DNA from: a virus
Taxonomy: Duplodnaviria > Caudoviricetes
Virus record (IMG/VR): IMGVR_UViG_3300017784_003136
Location: 1-24,402 of that record
Length of the DNA stretch: 24,402 nucleotides
Direction: 5' to 3' (one strand)
Part shown: positions 1 to 8,268 of the stretch, piece after piece
How the letters are laid out: the number at the start of each line of letters is the position of its first letter
How positions within the stretch are numbered: position 1 is the first letter of the stretch
The notes under the pieces: model-generated
Database searches by the model: none
Told to the model about the DNA's origin: nothing
The model's input: the letters and a program-made list of their open reading frames with translations, nothing else
Position numbers and translations under genes: made by a program

Positions 1-1041
1 CTCATCCACCTCCTGTTGCAACATGGCTGGTGGGATGTTGAGTGGGAACTCCACCCCATCGGCCACCACGATGTAACAGTTCGGGCCAAGGGCATCGAAC
101 TTGCCACGGAGGTCCTTGTCGGCATCTTTGAGTTTGTCGCCAAAGCCGGTCTTGGAGTACACCTCCCAGTAGCAGATCAGATCGTTGGTCTTGCCGCTCT
201 TCTTGCGATGCTCATAGCCGCGGTCGGTTGCTTCCGAGCGGGAGGAGTAGCTCTCCAGATGGCCCTTTAGATCGTCTCGGCTCAAACCAAACTTCTCTGC
301 CACTTCGTCTAGGGGCTGGGTACGTTTACGGGCACACCAACGGATGTCTTCAAATTCGTCGGCATCGGGATCCCAGACAAGGTTGTCAATGGTATCGAAG
401 AAGCTGCCTGCCAGCTTAATCTTGCTTCCGGCGGGCTGCACAAGTTCGTGCCACCACACGCTGGCACCTTTGATGAAAGCCTCTTCAACTACCTTGCGGC
501 TGTGCTTCTTGAGGTCTAGTTCATTGGGGGTGTAATTCAGATAGTCGCTAAGTAGCTTGCTCACAAGCTTGCGGCGTTCCATCGCCATGCGTTGCTGTTC
601 TAGGCCCTGTTCGTAGGCTTGCATGCCAGGATCTGGCATCGGGATCATTTGGCCGTCTGGGCCGATCACAGGCTGGCCGTCTGGACCCATCTGTGGCACC
701 GGAGGTTGCGGCATAATGCCAAGCAACTCTGGGCTTATAATGGGGTAGTCCTTGGCTGTAACAGTCCTAGCGGGGTTCCTGTGATGAATCACGCTGGTAA
801 AGAGGCGGACGGCTTCCCAGACACGGTTGACTTGCATCCGAAAGGCTGGGGCATCGATGCCCTTGTTATATCCTCTTTCTCCGCGGGCATAAGCGTCCTG
901 CCACATGAAGTTTGGATCGCCTGCAAAGAAGTTCATCGCTTCTTCGGCATCATCCGAGAAGGGCTTTTTGTGTTTCTCTGCCAGACGTATTTTGGAAATC
1001 CACCCTTTGGTGATCGGGCGCAGGACATTATCGTCTGGCAT
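1..1041 (-). CDS. Portal protein, N-terminal 347 aa (3'-partial, runs off window)
   Basis: Read manually and absent from the ORF track. ATG at 1041 has AGGAG at 1048-1052 and the frame is open to base 1 (MPDDNVLRPITKGWISKIRLAEKHKKPF...RMQVNRVWEAVRLF...KVVEEAFIKGASVWW...NLVWDPDADEFEDIRWCARK...). It lies downstream of TerL, and the 'WDPDA..F.D.RW' segment resembles P22-type portals. Confidence 0.75.
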   Translation of the reverse strand, partial: MPDDNVLRPITKGWISKIRLAEKHKKPFSDDAEEAMNFFAGDPNFMWQDAYARGERGYNKGIDAPAFRMQVNRVWEAVRLFTSVIHHRNPARTVTAKDYPIISPELLGIMPQPPVPQMGPDGQPVIGPDGQMIPMPDPGMQAYEQGLEQQRMAMERRKLVSKLLSDYLNYTPNELDLKKHSRKVVEEAFIKGASVWWHELVQPAGSKIKLAGSFFDTIDNLVWDPDADEFEDIRWCARKRTQPLDEVAEKFGLSRDDLKGHLESYSSRSEATDRGYEHRKKSGKTNDLICYWEVYSKTGFGDKLKDADKDLRGKFDALGPNCYIVVADGVEFPLNIPPAMLQQEVDE

Positions 1042-1065
1042 TATTGTCTCCTAGTAATCATTGCC

Positions 1066-1389
1066 TTACTTAGGGCGTTTGCCTTCCAATTCTGCCACGC
1101 GTTTCTCTAGAAAAGCTACCTTTTCCGAGAGAATAGCCGCTTTTGGATCACGGGGCTTATAGTCCCAGAAGCCGTAAGCCTTCCAATCCTTGAACTCTTC
1201 CACGCCGGGATCGGTCAGGTGATGGACCGAAGGCTTCTCTGTACCGCCGTAACCGGGGCAAACGGCCCACAGGGTAACAGTCCGGGCAGAGGCGGCAGAC
1301 ACTAGGGCGACTACTGGTGGGGCACCAACGTGGGCGTAGAAGTAAACCCAATCACCCAAGACCACAGGGGGCATATTAAAATTACTCAT
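1066..1389 (-). CDS. Hypothetical protein (beta-rich N-terminus, coiled-coil C-terminus)
   Basis: 107-aa ORF filling the TerL-portal gap, with GAAAGG 5 nt upstream of the ATG. Confidence 0.75.
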   Translation of the reverse strand: MSNFNMPPVVLGDWVYFYAHVGAPPVVALVSAASARTVTLWAVCPGYGGTEKPSVHHLTDPGVEEFKDWKAYGFWDYKPRDPKAAILSEKVAFLEKRVAELEGKRPK

Positions 1390-1419
1390 GGGAACCTTTC
1401 GGGAAAGGGAAACGGGTCA

Positions 1420-3117
1420 CTATTTCTTACCGCCAAGGGGGCCTAAGATCACGCAATTATCGGCGTCTTGGCCCTGCCGCCTCTTCTTGTCGATGAGGTA
1501 TTTCACCCACCACGGCTCGGGACCAAACACTTTCGGGGGTGCGTGATACTTAGGTTCGTAGGCACAGAGGTATTCTAGCGTCTGGACCGCATGCACGTCA
1601 CCCCTAGTATATGGTTCGTCGGTAACAAATACTGCGCCATTGACCGTAGTAGTTTTCTTGCGGTAGCGTTTAAGCTCACGGAGGAGATTCGGGCAGGCTC
1701 CCTCTAGGATCTTTAACCTTGTTGTACCGTCGCCACGGACATGGAGTAACTGCCTGACAAGGGACGTGCGGGCCTGGATGTCATCACTACCGGGAGTGAA
1801 CGTCGTGCCGGTCATCTGGCTTTTGACGTTGTACTTTCTTAGCTCTTCGGTATATAGCTCATGGGGGAGCCGGCCCGACCCTAAATCACGCAGGCTACCA
1901 CCGTGCATGTCCATGATAAAAGAGCGAAACTGCTGGCCATAACACTTAGCGGAAAACTGTTCGCCCCAGATAAACGCGTTGCAGTTGCGAATGTAAAGCT
2001 CGTCATAGACTAACAGGAAGTCACCGCTGGGCGGGACCGCCGCAAAGAGCGAGGCCATGACGGCATGGCCGGGATCGATGGCGACATACCGGGTCCAGTT
2101 CTCGGGCACGCCTGTGTCGAAGCGTGGGTGCATGTGAATGCTAGTGTTGAAGGAAGGGTACATAAGCGTGGATTCGGTGGTGAACTCTCCCTCGGCACGC
2201 ATGCGCAGTTCATCCACCCCCAATGCAGACCATCGCTCTATGTTCTTCCGCTTCTCGTCTGTATCAATGTGGTTGTTATCTAAAAACCGTAGCGTGAACT
2301 TTTTGATAATAGGGTTTTCTACGTTCTCTTCAACGGCTTTGTCTGCACGTTCGCACAGGCCCAGCAATGCATCATTCCGCGAGTGGGGCATTGCCGACCA
2401 AATAAAGCGGCCTTTACGATCTGCAAGGCGAGATAGCATTTCTCCCACAAAAGACTCATTATTTAAGTCCTCATCAATGTGGCAAAGGTCGCAAGAAAAT
2501 CCTTGTGGCGCTTCGCCCTCTGACGAGAAACAGTTGATCGTCCAGCCATTAGTAAGGTGAACTTTGTTGAGATACCCTGCCGACTTTAAGATCCAAGAGT
2601 AGTCTTTAATAAGGCGTGGCGGTATAAGAGGTGGGGCGGGGCGTGCTTCTTTCGCACGGGCTTCGTCGGTTAACGGTCGGTAGGCCCGCCATTGTCTTGT
2701 CTCTAGGTCGCGGATAATCTTAAACGCCCCGGCTTTGAAGAGCATCGGGTGTACTACTAATCCTATGTGGGGCCAGTTCCTCCCGACAATCACAATAGTG
2801 CCGTCTGTTGCGGGGTACTTGCCGAAGGGATCTTGGCCGGTTGCAGCACGGGCAGTTTCAACAAACGCTGCGCAGCTTTTGCCCGAGCGGTTGCCGCCCA
2901 AAAGAATCCGCTCACTCACCATGCTACGGTGAAACTCTTCTTGCAGGGGCATGGGTTCGTAGAGCCGCAGGGCTTCTAATTTACGATCTGCAAGCTCGGC
3001 CTGGACCTCTTTGATCTGGGCGAAGGCATGCTGCGTAATCCCAAACTGGAGTGGATTAGCAGCGGGTACTGCTGGCGGGGGCGGGGGAACACGCGGATGT
3101 TTTACCGGGTCAGTCAT
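1420..3117 (-). CDS. terL: Terminase large subunit
   Basis: Adenine-binding-like PMPLQEEFH, Walker A GGNRSGKS, Walker B CHIDE, nuclease motif YVAIDPG and C-terminal CPNLLRELKRYR; 565 aa. Confidence 0.93.
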   Translation of the reverse strand: MTDPVKHPRVPPPPPAVPAANPLQFGITQHAFAQIKEVQAELADRKLEALRLYEPMPLQEEFHRSMVSERILLGGNRSGKSCAAFVETARAATGQDPFGKYPATDGTIVIVGRNWPHIGLVVHPMLFKAGAFKIIRDLETRQWRAYRPLTDEARAKEARPAPPLIPPRLIKDYSWILKSAGYLNKVHLTNGWTINCFSSEGEAPQGFSCDLCHIDEDLNNESFVGEMLSRLADRKGRFIWSAMPHSRNDALLGLCERADKAVEENVENPIIKKFTLRFLDNNHIDTDEKRKNIERWSALGVDELRMRAEGEFTTESTLMYPSFNTSIHMHPRFDTGVPENWTRYVAIDPGHAVMASLFAAVPPSGDFLLVYDELYIRNCNAFIWGEQFSAKCYGQQFRSFIMDMHGGSLRDLGSGRLPHELYTEELRKYNVKSQMTGTTFTPGSDDIQARTSLVRQLLHVRGDGTTRLKILEGACPNLLRELKRYRKKTTTVNGAVFVTDEPYTRGDVHAVQTLEYLCAYEPKYHAPPKVFGPEPWWVKYLIDKKRRQGQDADNCVILGPLGGKK

Positions 3118-3619
3118 TCTTCACGACAGGCGGGGGGAGAGCTTTGAGTGTCATCGCCATGTCGGTTAGCCGCACGCGTAGCTCATCCTCTAGCTCTTCC
3201 TCGGTCCAGCCCACTAGCGGTTTCTTGGCACCACCGATAGCCGTGTTGGCTTGTGTGAGGCGGACGATTGTATCTAGGAGCTTCGTACGAAACGCCCCAC
3301 CTGGGGGGCTGTCATAATACTGCTTCATAAAGATATTGCTGAACCCACCCACCCCGCCGCAGTATTGCATCAGCTTTTCTAAAAGCTCTGATGAATGCGG
3401 GATGTTTGCGCCGCCGATCTGGGCCGCGGCCACAAAGATATCGACTGCCCCTTTTTCGATCTGGCCTAGCTTGTTGGCTCGGACTTTTGTACGGGTGCCT
3501 TTTTCGTGCTGGTTGCGGCAACGCTTACAACGCGCGTGGAGCCCATCCTTGGACTTATGAAAATACTGTGGCGTATTCTCAAATGTAATGCCGCATTGCT
3601 GACAGGCTTTACGATCCAC
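3110..3619 (-). CDS. Zn-finger protein, candidate terminase small subunit
   Basis: CQQC...CKRC N-terminus followed by a helical domain; overlaps the terL start by 8 nt. The TerS role is positional inference. Confidence 0.55.
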   Translation of the reverse strand: MDRKACQQCGITFENTPQYFHKSKDGLHARCKRCRNQHEKGTRTKVRANKLGQIEKGAVDIFVAAAQIGGANIPHSSELLEKLMQYCGGVGGFSNIFMKQYYDSPPGGAFRTKLLDTIVRLTQANTAIGGAKKPLVGWTEEELEDELRVRLTDMAMTLKALPPPVVKND

Positions 3620-5063
3620 GCGCGCTACTCCACACTGTGCCTTTGACTGTTACGGGTAGGAGCCCCGAAGCGTTTAAGGCTAATCGAACGCCAGGAAACA
3701 CGCCGTAGTCATGGCCTGCCAGCAAATGCTTGGCTTTGGGGGCCCACGCTTTAATGTCCGCCATGACCGATGCAAATGTATGCTCGGCATCGATGTACAC
3801 GATATCAAAGGAGTGGTCGGCAAACGTAGACGCTATGCCCGGAGACTCACCAACGGTGTGTAGAATACCCGTCCCGGCGACGTTGGCTTTAAACACATCG
3901 TACGGGGGCTCCGTCCCCGCGTACGCGCTAGTTCCGGCATCGGCGTGGTTGCCTTTCCAATGGTCGATGCAATGGACTGTGGCCCCTGCCTGCGACATGA
4001 TTAAGGCAGAGCGGCCAGCCCATGAGCCAATTTCTGCAACGGTCGGGTAGTGGCCGTGATCCAGAAAGAAGTCGGTGATCAGCGCGCGGATAGCGGCTGC
4101 GTCTTCTTCGGGCAGGCCCATGCCAAGGGCATTGAACTCATTCGGTCGCTGAACTAGCGAAGGGTAGGTGGCCGCCGGGGCCTGTGGGTTGGCTAGGAGT
4201 TTTTGCTTTAGCAGGGGAGTCGAACGCAATGAGACAAGCTTTACATCTGGGTCATAGCTCGCCGTCCACGATGCCTTTAACTTTTCGCTGACGCCCTTGG
4301 CAGCAATGACCTGGGGCTTACCAACGCACTTAGGCTTCCAATGGCCAGCCCAAGCGTCCCAGTTACAGAACACTGGGTTGTAACCAAGCTTGTCGGCACC
4401 CACCAGAGACAGGTCGCGTGTCATCGTAACGTCTTCGGTCGATGCCTTTTCTGCGCAGAACTTATCTTTCCACTCATAGTAAAACCATGGCTTGGCAGCA
4501 TCACTGGCAGGCTCGGTCAAAGCAAACGCACGCATGTCATACATGATCAGGCCCGTTGGCAAAGCAGCACACTCTTGGATACCCGCCAAACTAACAGCCG
4601 TGTTCCTATCAAACATCTCTAGCTGGAAGTCAGGGTTGGGATTTTCTGACTGCATGTTCTGCCACCGAAACACGTAGACGCATTCCATTGGTGGAGGTCC
4701 GCAGTAGGGAGCGCCGATAACGCAAGGGCCCTTGGGGTAGTGCTCTACCAAGAAATCAAAGGAGCTTTGAAAGAAAGGCTTGGCATCAATCTGCCCAGCG
4801 TTAATGTCTGGCTTCATGTCGCTATCGACCATGACCAGAATATCCACGCCGAATTCCCGTGCCATAAGGACGGCTCGGTTTCGGGTCATAGTGATGGGCG
4901 TGTCTGCGAGATTCCAGATACGCACATTCTCTACACGCTGGTCACGCGACAGTTCCGCCACCAAGGGAACCATCCATTCGCGGATATCGGGGACTTCTGA
5001 AGAGATGCCGCCATTTCCGCCATATGAAAACGTGCAGATGCCGACCGTAAATTTTTGTTGCAT
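3609..5063 (-). CDS. Glycosyltransferase (GT-A fold) / class I SAM methyltransferase fusion
   Basis: N-half has TRNRAV...ILVMVDSDM (DxD), LPTGLIMYD, STEDV and WAGHWK. C-half has EIGSWAGRS, IDHWKG, FDIVYIDAEH and LAGHDY (Methyltransf_24-like). Start moved from 5171 to 5063, which has GAAAGG and a promoter upstream. Confidence 0.85.
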   Translation of the reverse strand: MQQKFTVGICTFSYGGNGGISSEVPDIREWMVPLVAELSRDQRVENVRIWNLADTPITMTRNRAVLMAREFGVDILVMVDSDMKPDINAGQIDAKPFFQSSFDFLVEHYPKGPCVIGAPYCGPPPMECVYVFRWQNMQSENPNPDFQLEMFDRNTAVSLAGIQECAALPTGLIMYDMRAFALTEPASDAAKPWFYYEWKDKFCAEKASTEDVTMTRDLSLVGADKLGYNPVFCNWDAWAGHWKPKCVGKPQVIAAKGVSEKLKASWTASYDPDVKLVSLRSTPLLKQKLLANPQAPAATYPSLVQRPNEFNALGMGLPEEDAAAIRALITDFFLDHGHYPTVAEIGSWAGRSALIMSQAGATVHCIDHWKGNHADAGTSAYAGTEPPYDVFKANVAGTGILHTVGESPGIASTFADHSFDIVYIDAEHTFASVMADIKAWAPKAKHLLAGHDYGVFPGVRLALNASGLLPVTVKGTVWSSARGS

Positions 5064-5087
5064 AGGGGCCTTTCGGGGGTTGGCCGT

Positions 5088-5116
5088 ATTGTACGGGCGT
5101 ACACTCGGCCCCACAA
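5088..5116 (-). promoter_or_regulatory. Sigma70-like promoter with overlapping palindrome
   Basis: TTGTGG (5116-5111)-N17-TACAAT (5093-5088) in the intergenic gap; TGTACG-GG-CGTACA at 5090-5103. Confidence 0.55.
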
Positions 5117-5133
5117 GGCTTGCTTGCGCGGCT

Positions 5134-5937
5134 TTAGCCGGTTGGCGTTGAAAGCTGCGCTCGTGCGCCATACTCTCTCCGCGCGTCTTCTATCGTTGGC
5201 GGGCGCCTAAACTGCCGTTTGTTGAGTTTATTATAATCGTTTTGTTCGTTGCGATAATCTTGCATCATAGAGCTTAACTGGCCTTGCAACTGCTGCGGCG
5301 TGGCGTCCCGCATGATGGACGCTCGGGACATAACCCCGCCGGGCATGATGTGCGGCACGTAGTCTTCGGCGTTGGGCGCGTCTGCGGAGTAGCTTGGCGC
5401 ATTGTAGGTGCGGTTCTGTCCATTGGTTTGGTACTCAAACGATGCTGGCATTGGAAACATGGGCGGCGGGCTTGGGGCTGGCGGGGCTGCATAGCCGCGG
5501 TTGTTATTTGGCGCGGCTGGGGCTGGCGGGGCTGGCTTGTCCATGCTAGACGCGTACGCGCCGCCCGATGCGGGGGCCGCGGGAGCGCGGTACGCCGTGC
5601 CCGTAGGCGAGGGTTGTTTGGCCTGCGCTTGGCCGGTGCGAAACATTGTCTTGTTAGGCGGCGGGCTTGGGGCTGGCGGGGCTGCATAGCCGCGGTTGCT
5701 ATTTGATACATCGGCTTGGGCCGCGGGGGCCGCTTGTGCAAACGCGTTGTTGTCAATCTCACCGCTAGACGCGTACGCCCCGCCCGATGCGGGGGCCGCC
5801 GCAGCGCGGTACGCTGTGCCCGTAGGCGAGGGTTGTTGGGCCTGCGATTGGCCAGTGCGAAACATTGTCGTTTTTGGGGGCGGCAGACGCACTCCGCTGC
5901 CGCTTGTGGTTTTCCAAGTACCGCCAAATGCTGTCAT
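5134..5937 (-). CDS. Pro/Ala/Gln-rich low-complexity protein with internal duplications
   Basis: 267-aa ORF coupled to the upstream gene by a TAATG overlap at 5937; the duplicated blocks are in frame. Confidence 0.7.
   Translation of the reverse strand: MTAFGGTWKTTSGSGVRLPPPKTTMFRTGQSQAQQPSPTGTAYRAAAAPASGGAYASSGEIDNNAFAQAAPAAQADVSNSNRGYAAPPAPSPPPNKTMFRTGQAQAKQPSPTGTAYRAPAAPASGGAYASSMDKPAPPAPAAPNNNRGYAAPPAPSPPPMFPMPASFEYQTNGQNRTYNAPSYSADAPNAEDYVPHIMPGGVMSRASIMRDATPQQLQGQLSSMMQDYRNEQNDYNKLNKRQFRRPPTIEDARREYGARAQLSTPTG
5462..5869. repeat. Intragenic direct repeats
   Basis: 5462-5503 equals 5657-5698 (42 nt identical). 5545-5650 and 5764-5869 are 106 nt with 7 mismatches by my count. Confidence 0.9.
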
Positions 5938-7409
5938 TATCTTGCACCTTGGCCCATGGCCTGTTTCATATTAAATTGCGGAGCCCCTAGGTTTCTTCCC
6001 ATGGAGCCACTGTACCGAGCCTGCTGTTGGCCTAGGTTGTTAATGAGTGCATCGCGCCTCGCCATAGCGTCGGCTGGATTTGCGTATTGTTTCCCATCAA
6101 CGCCTTTAGCCGTGAAGGTAAAGCCCTGCGGTCGCATGGACTCTCCTCCCGGATTCGCCATGTTGGCATTCATCGTCATGCCGCCGCTGGCATACGCTGG
6201 CCCCATTTTGTTTTTAGCCGGGTCCCACGTTGCGGTTGTAGACGATCCCGGCCCAGACAGATAGGAACTGCTGGGGCCCATTTGCATTTTGGGAATGACG
6301 TTTGGCTTTGGTGCCCTAGGTGGGTTTGGGTTATACGGTGCTGGTTCCGGCTCGGGGGTGGGCGTGTGTTGCGACCAAAGCGTGGAATTAGGCACATAGC
6401 CTTCGGGGCGCGTGTAGCGATCCGCAGTACGCATGGACGGCGCGGGGGGGCGCGGGCTTGCGCTTGGAGCAGGCGTGCGCCATTGAGCCTGCTGGAAGGA
6501 ACGCGCATATTGGTCCGCAGGCGCAACTGGCGGCGCTTGCGGCTGGGCTGCCTGTTGAGGGTCATACTGCGGCGGGGCTGGCGCGCTCGTTTGCCCGCCT
6601 GATGCCCGCCACTTATCATAAAAGGTTGCCTCGGTTTGAGTACCAAAAGCAGTGCCGTCTTGCGCGCGGCCTATACTTTGCGCAAATGCGCTGTCGGTCG
6701 GAAGCCCAGGACGGCCAGCGGCCTCCCACGCTTTTCGGTTGCTGGCGCCCGCCTGATCCCACGGGGCAGAGTCGCGCGTGGGTGATGGAACGGGCTTGGA
6801 ACCTGGGCCAAAGCTGGGAACACTTGGCGGGGTGGGTCGGCGCGGGTGTTCTGGAAAGTAACCGCTGGACTCGTCGCCAGGCAACGGCGTGACGCGATTC
6901 ACTTCTCCACCGGGGCCGCCTGCCCTAATGTCCCAGCCGCCTGCTTGGTACTCGCTTGCAGGCGGTGGGGCGGGGCGTGCTTGGCCCGTGGCTGAACGCT
7001 GTGGAACCGGGGCAGGCGGGGCAGCCCTAGGAGTCGGCAGCACAGGCTTGTAGGCGGGCGTGGAGTTGGTTTTGTTATACATCCAGCCGCCGGGAGGAGT
7101 CTGAGGCGTGCTGGGCGGGAGCGGGCCAGACGGGAACGCATCGCCCCACCCTTGGCGAGGCTGTGGCCCAACTGATGGGTTAATAAACCCAGTTTTTTGC
7201 GGGCCGTAGGAAGGCTCGGGTAGCCTGCCAGTATAGTCTGGCTTTGGCTTTGTCTGGGCGGGGATATTTCTGCCCGTGGTTGCAGTGGTGTTAGGCGGCT
7301 GGGGGAAATTATCTGCGTTAGCCCCTGTCCCGTGGAGTCGGTTGTCGTTTGCGTTATGCGGGAGGTTGCTCCACTCGCCCATCCACCAAGGTGCATCTGC
7401 TGCTAACAT
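5937..7409 (-). CDS. Large Pro-rich, probably disordered protein (possible internal virion protein)
   Basis: 490-aa ORF with stop/start overlaps at both ends (7409, 5937); function inferred from position only. Confidence 0.7.
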   Translation of the reverse strand: MLAADAPWWMGEWSNLPHNANDNRLHGTGANADNFPQPPNTTATTGRNIPAQTKPKPDYTGRLPEPSYGPQKTGFINPSVGPQPRQGWGDAFPSGPLPPSTPQTPPGGWMYNKTNSTPAYKPVLPTPRAAPPAPVPQRSATGQARPAPPPASEYQAGGWDIRAGGPGGEVNRVTPLPGDESSGYFPEHPRRPTPPSVPSFGPGSKPVPSPTRDSAPWDQAGASNRKAWEAAGRPGLPTDSAFAQSIGRAQDGTAFGTQTEATFYDKWRASGGQTSAPAPPQYDPQQAAQPQAPPVAPADQYARSFQQAQWRTPAPSASPRPPAPSMRTADRYTRPEGYVPNSTLWSQHTPTPEPEPAPYNPNPPRAPKPNVIPKMQMGPSSSYLSGPGSSTTATWDPAKNKMGPAYASGGMTMNANMANPGGESMRPQGFTFTAKGVDGKQYANPADAMARRDALINNLGQQQARYSGSMGRNLGAPQFNMKQAMGQGAR

Positions 7410-7564
7410 TATCTGTCCACCTGTTTTTTAGTGATCCCAGAAGTGCCAGCGCCATCGACGCTGATCATGCGGAGTTTTACCAAGTCACTGGCGTCTACCT
7501 CGGGTTGCGACTCTTTGATGAGCTTACGCAGCCAATCTAGGTTTTGAATTGCCGGTGTATCCAT
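7409..7564 (-). CDS. Small hypothetical protein (51 aa, MDTPAIQNLDWLRKLIKE...)
   Basis: Start moved from 7651 to 7564 because the longer form spans a terminator hairpin; its stop overlaps the next ATG. Confidence 0.55.
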   Translation of the reverse strand: MDTPAIQNLDWLRKLIKESQPEVDASDLVKLRMISVDGAGTSGITKKQVDR

Positions 7565-7599
7565 AAGAAAAGCCGCTGGCCAGTGCCCTAGCCAGCGGC
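7565..7599 (-). terminator. Intrinsic terminator after capsid/decoration genes
   Basis: Minus strand GCCGCTGGC-N10-GCCAGCGGC followed by TTTTCTT. Confidence 0.75.
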
Positions 7600-7631
7600 C
7601 CCCCGAAAAGCCCCAGATGGGCATTTTGAAA

Positions 7632-8240
7632 TTAATACTTTGTCGAAACAAGACACAGCGGCGTACCCAGACCTGTCGTCAGCGTGGTCGCACTGGTGCT
7701 GCTAGCCGACATGGCATAGCCAATCACACCCAGACCAGCGTCACCTGCGGCGGTGCTAGCTGCGCTGAGCAAGCTGGGGCCGACACGACCGGCGGTGAGG
7801 CCAGTAGAAGCGGCGGCAGACACGGCGGCGATGCGGTTACCAGCGGCCAGTTCCGTTCCTGAGACAAGCCCAGCAACTTCCGTAGGACCATCAACCACAA
7901 CCCAGAACACATCGTTGATGGCCACGCCCGCAGTGGGCAGGAACTCATCAACCACACCGACATGCTCGGCGTTCAGCACTGACGCGTAGCCGATCACCGT
8001 GCTAAGTCCGCCCAAGCCAGCAGCGGTTGCAAACACAACGACACGCTTAGGAGCCAATGCAATCGTGGCGACGTTACGCACGGCAACGCATGTCTTAATG
8101 CGGTTGCTGCGGATAGCGCCGGTGATTGGATTAACGTCAGGAAACTGCTTCACAACGCCAACCCAGCCCGTACCGTCAGTAAGTGACGAGACGCCCAAGG
8201 TCTGTCCAAGCGGCCATGGCGGATCAATCAAAAGACTCAT
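7632..8240 (-). CDS. Capsid decoration/cement-like protein
   Basis: 202 aa, Ala/Gly/Val-rich, directly after the major capsid gene, with GVVDEFL...FWVVVDGP. Start set at 8240 (AGAGGT upstream). Confidence 0.6.
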   Translation of the reverse strand: MSLLIDPPWPLGQTLGVSSLTDGTGWVGVVKQFPDVNPITGAIRSNRIKTCVAVRNVATIALAPKRVVVFATAAGLGGLSTVIGYASVLNAEHVGVVDEFLPTAGVAINDVFWVVVDGPTEVAGLVSGTELAAGNRIAAVSAAASTGLTAGRVGPSLLSAASTAAGDAGLGVIGYAMSASSTSATTLTTGLGTPLCLVSTKY

Positions 8241-8268
8241 AGTAAAATACCTCTTTGTAAAAAATGGA

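Noticed and set aside
3110-3619. HNH homing endonuclease
   Set aside because: The Zn-finger is present, but no HNH or EndoVII catalytic motif follows.
5462-5869. Diversity-generating retroelement TR/VR pair
   Set aside because: Both copies are in frame in one gene, the mismatches are not adenine-specific, and no reverse transcriptase is in the window.
5274-7396. Long alternative-frame ORFs (5274-5927, 6176-6646, 6899-7396) as overprinted genes
   Set aside because: Expected from stop-poor, GC-rich, repetitive Pro/Ala codons; only the chosen frames show start/stop coupling.
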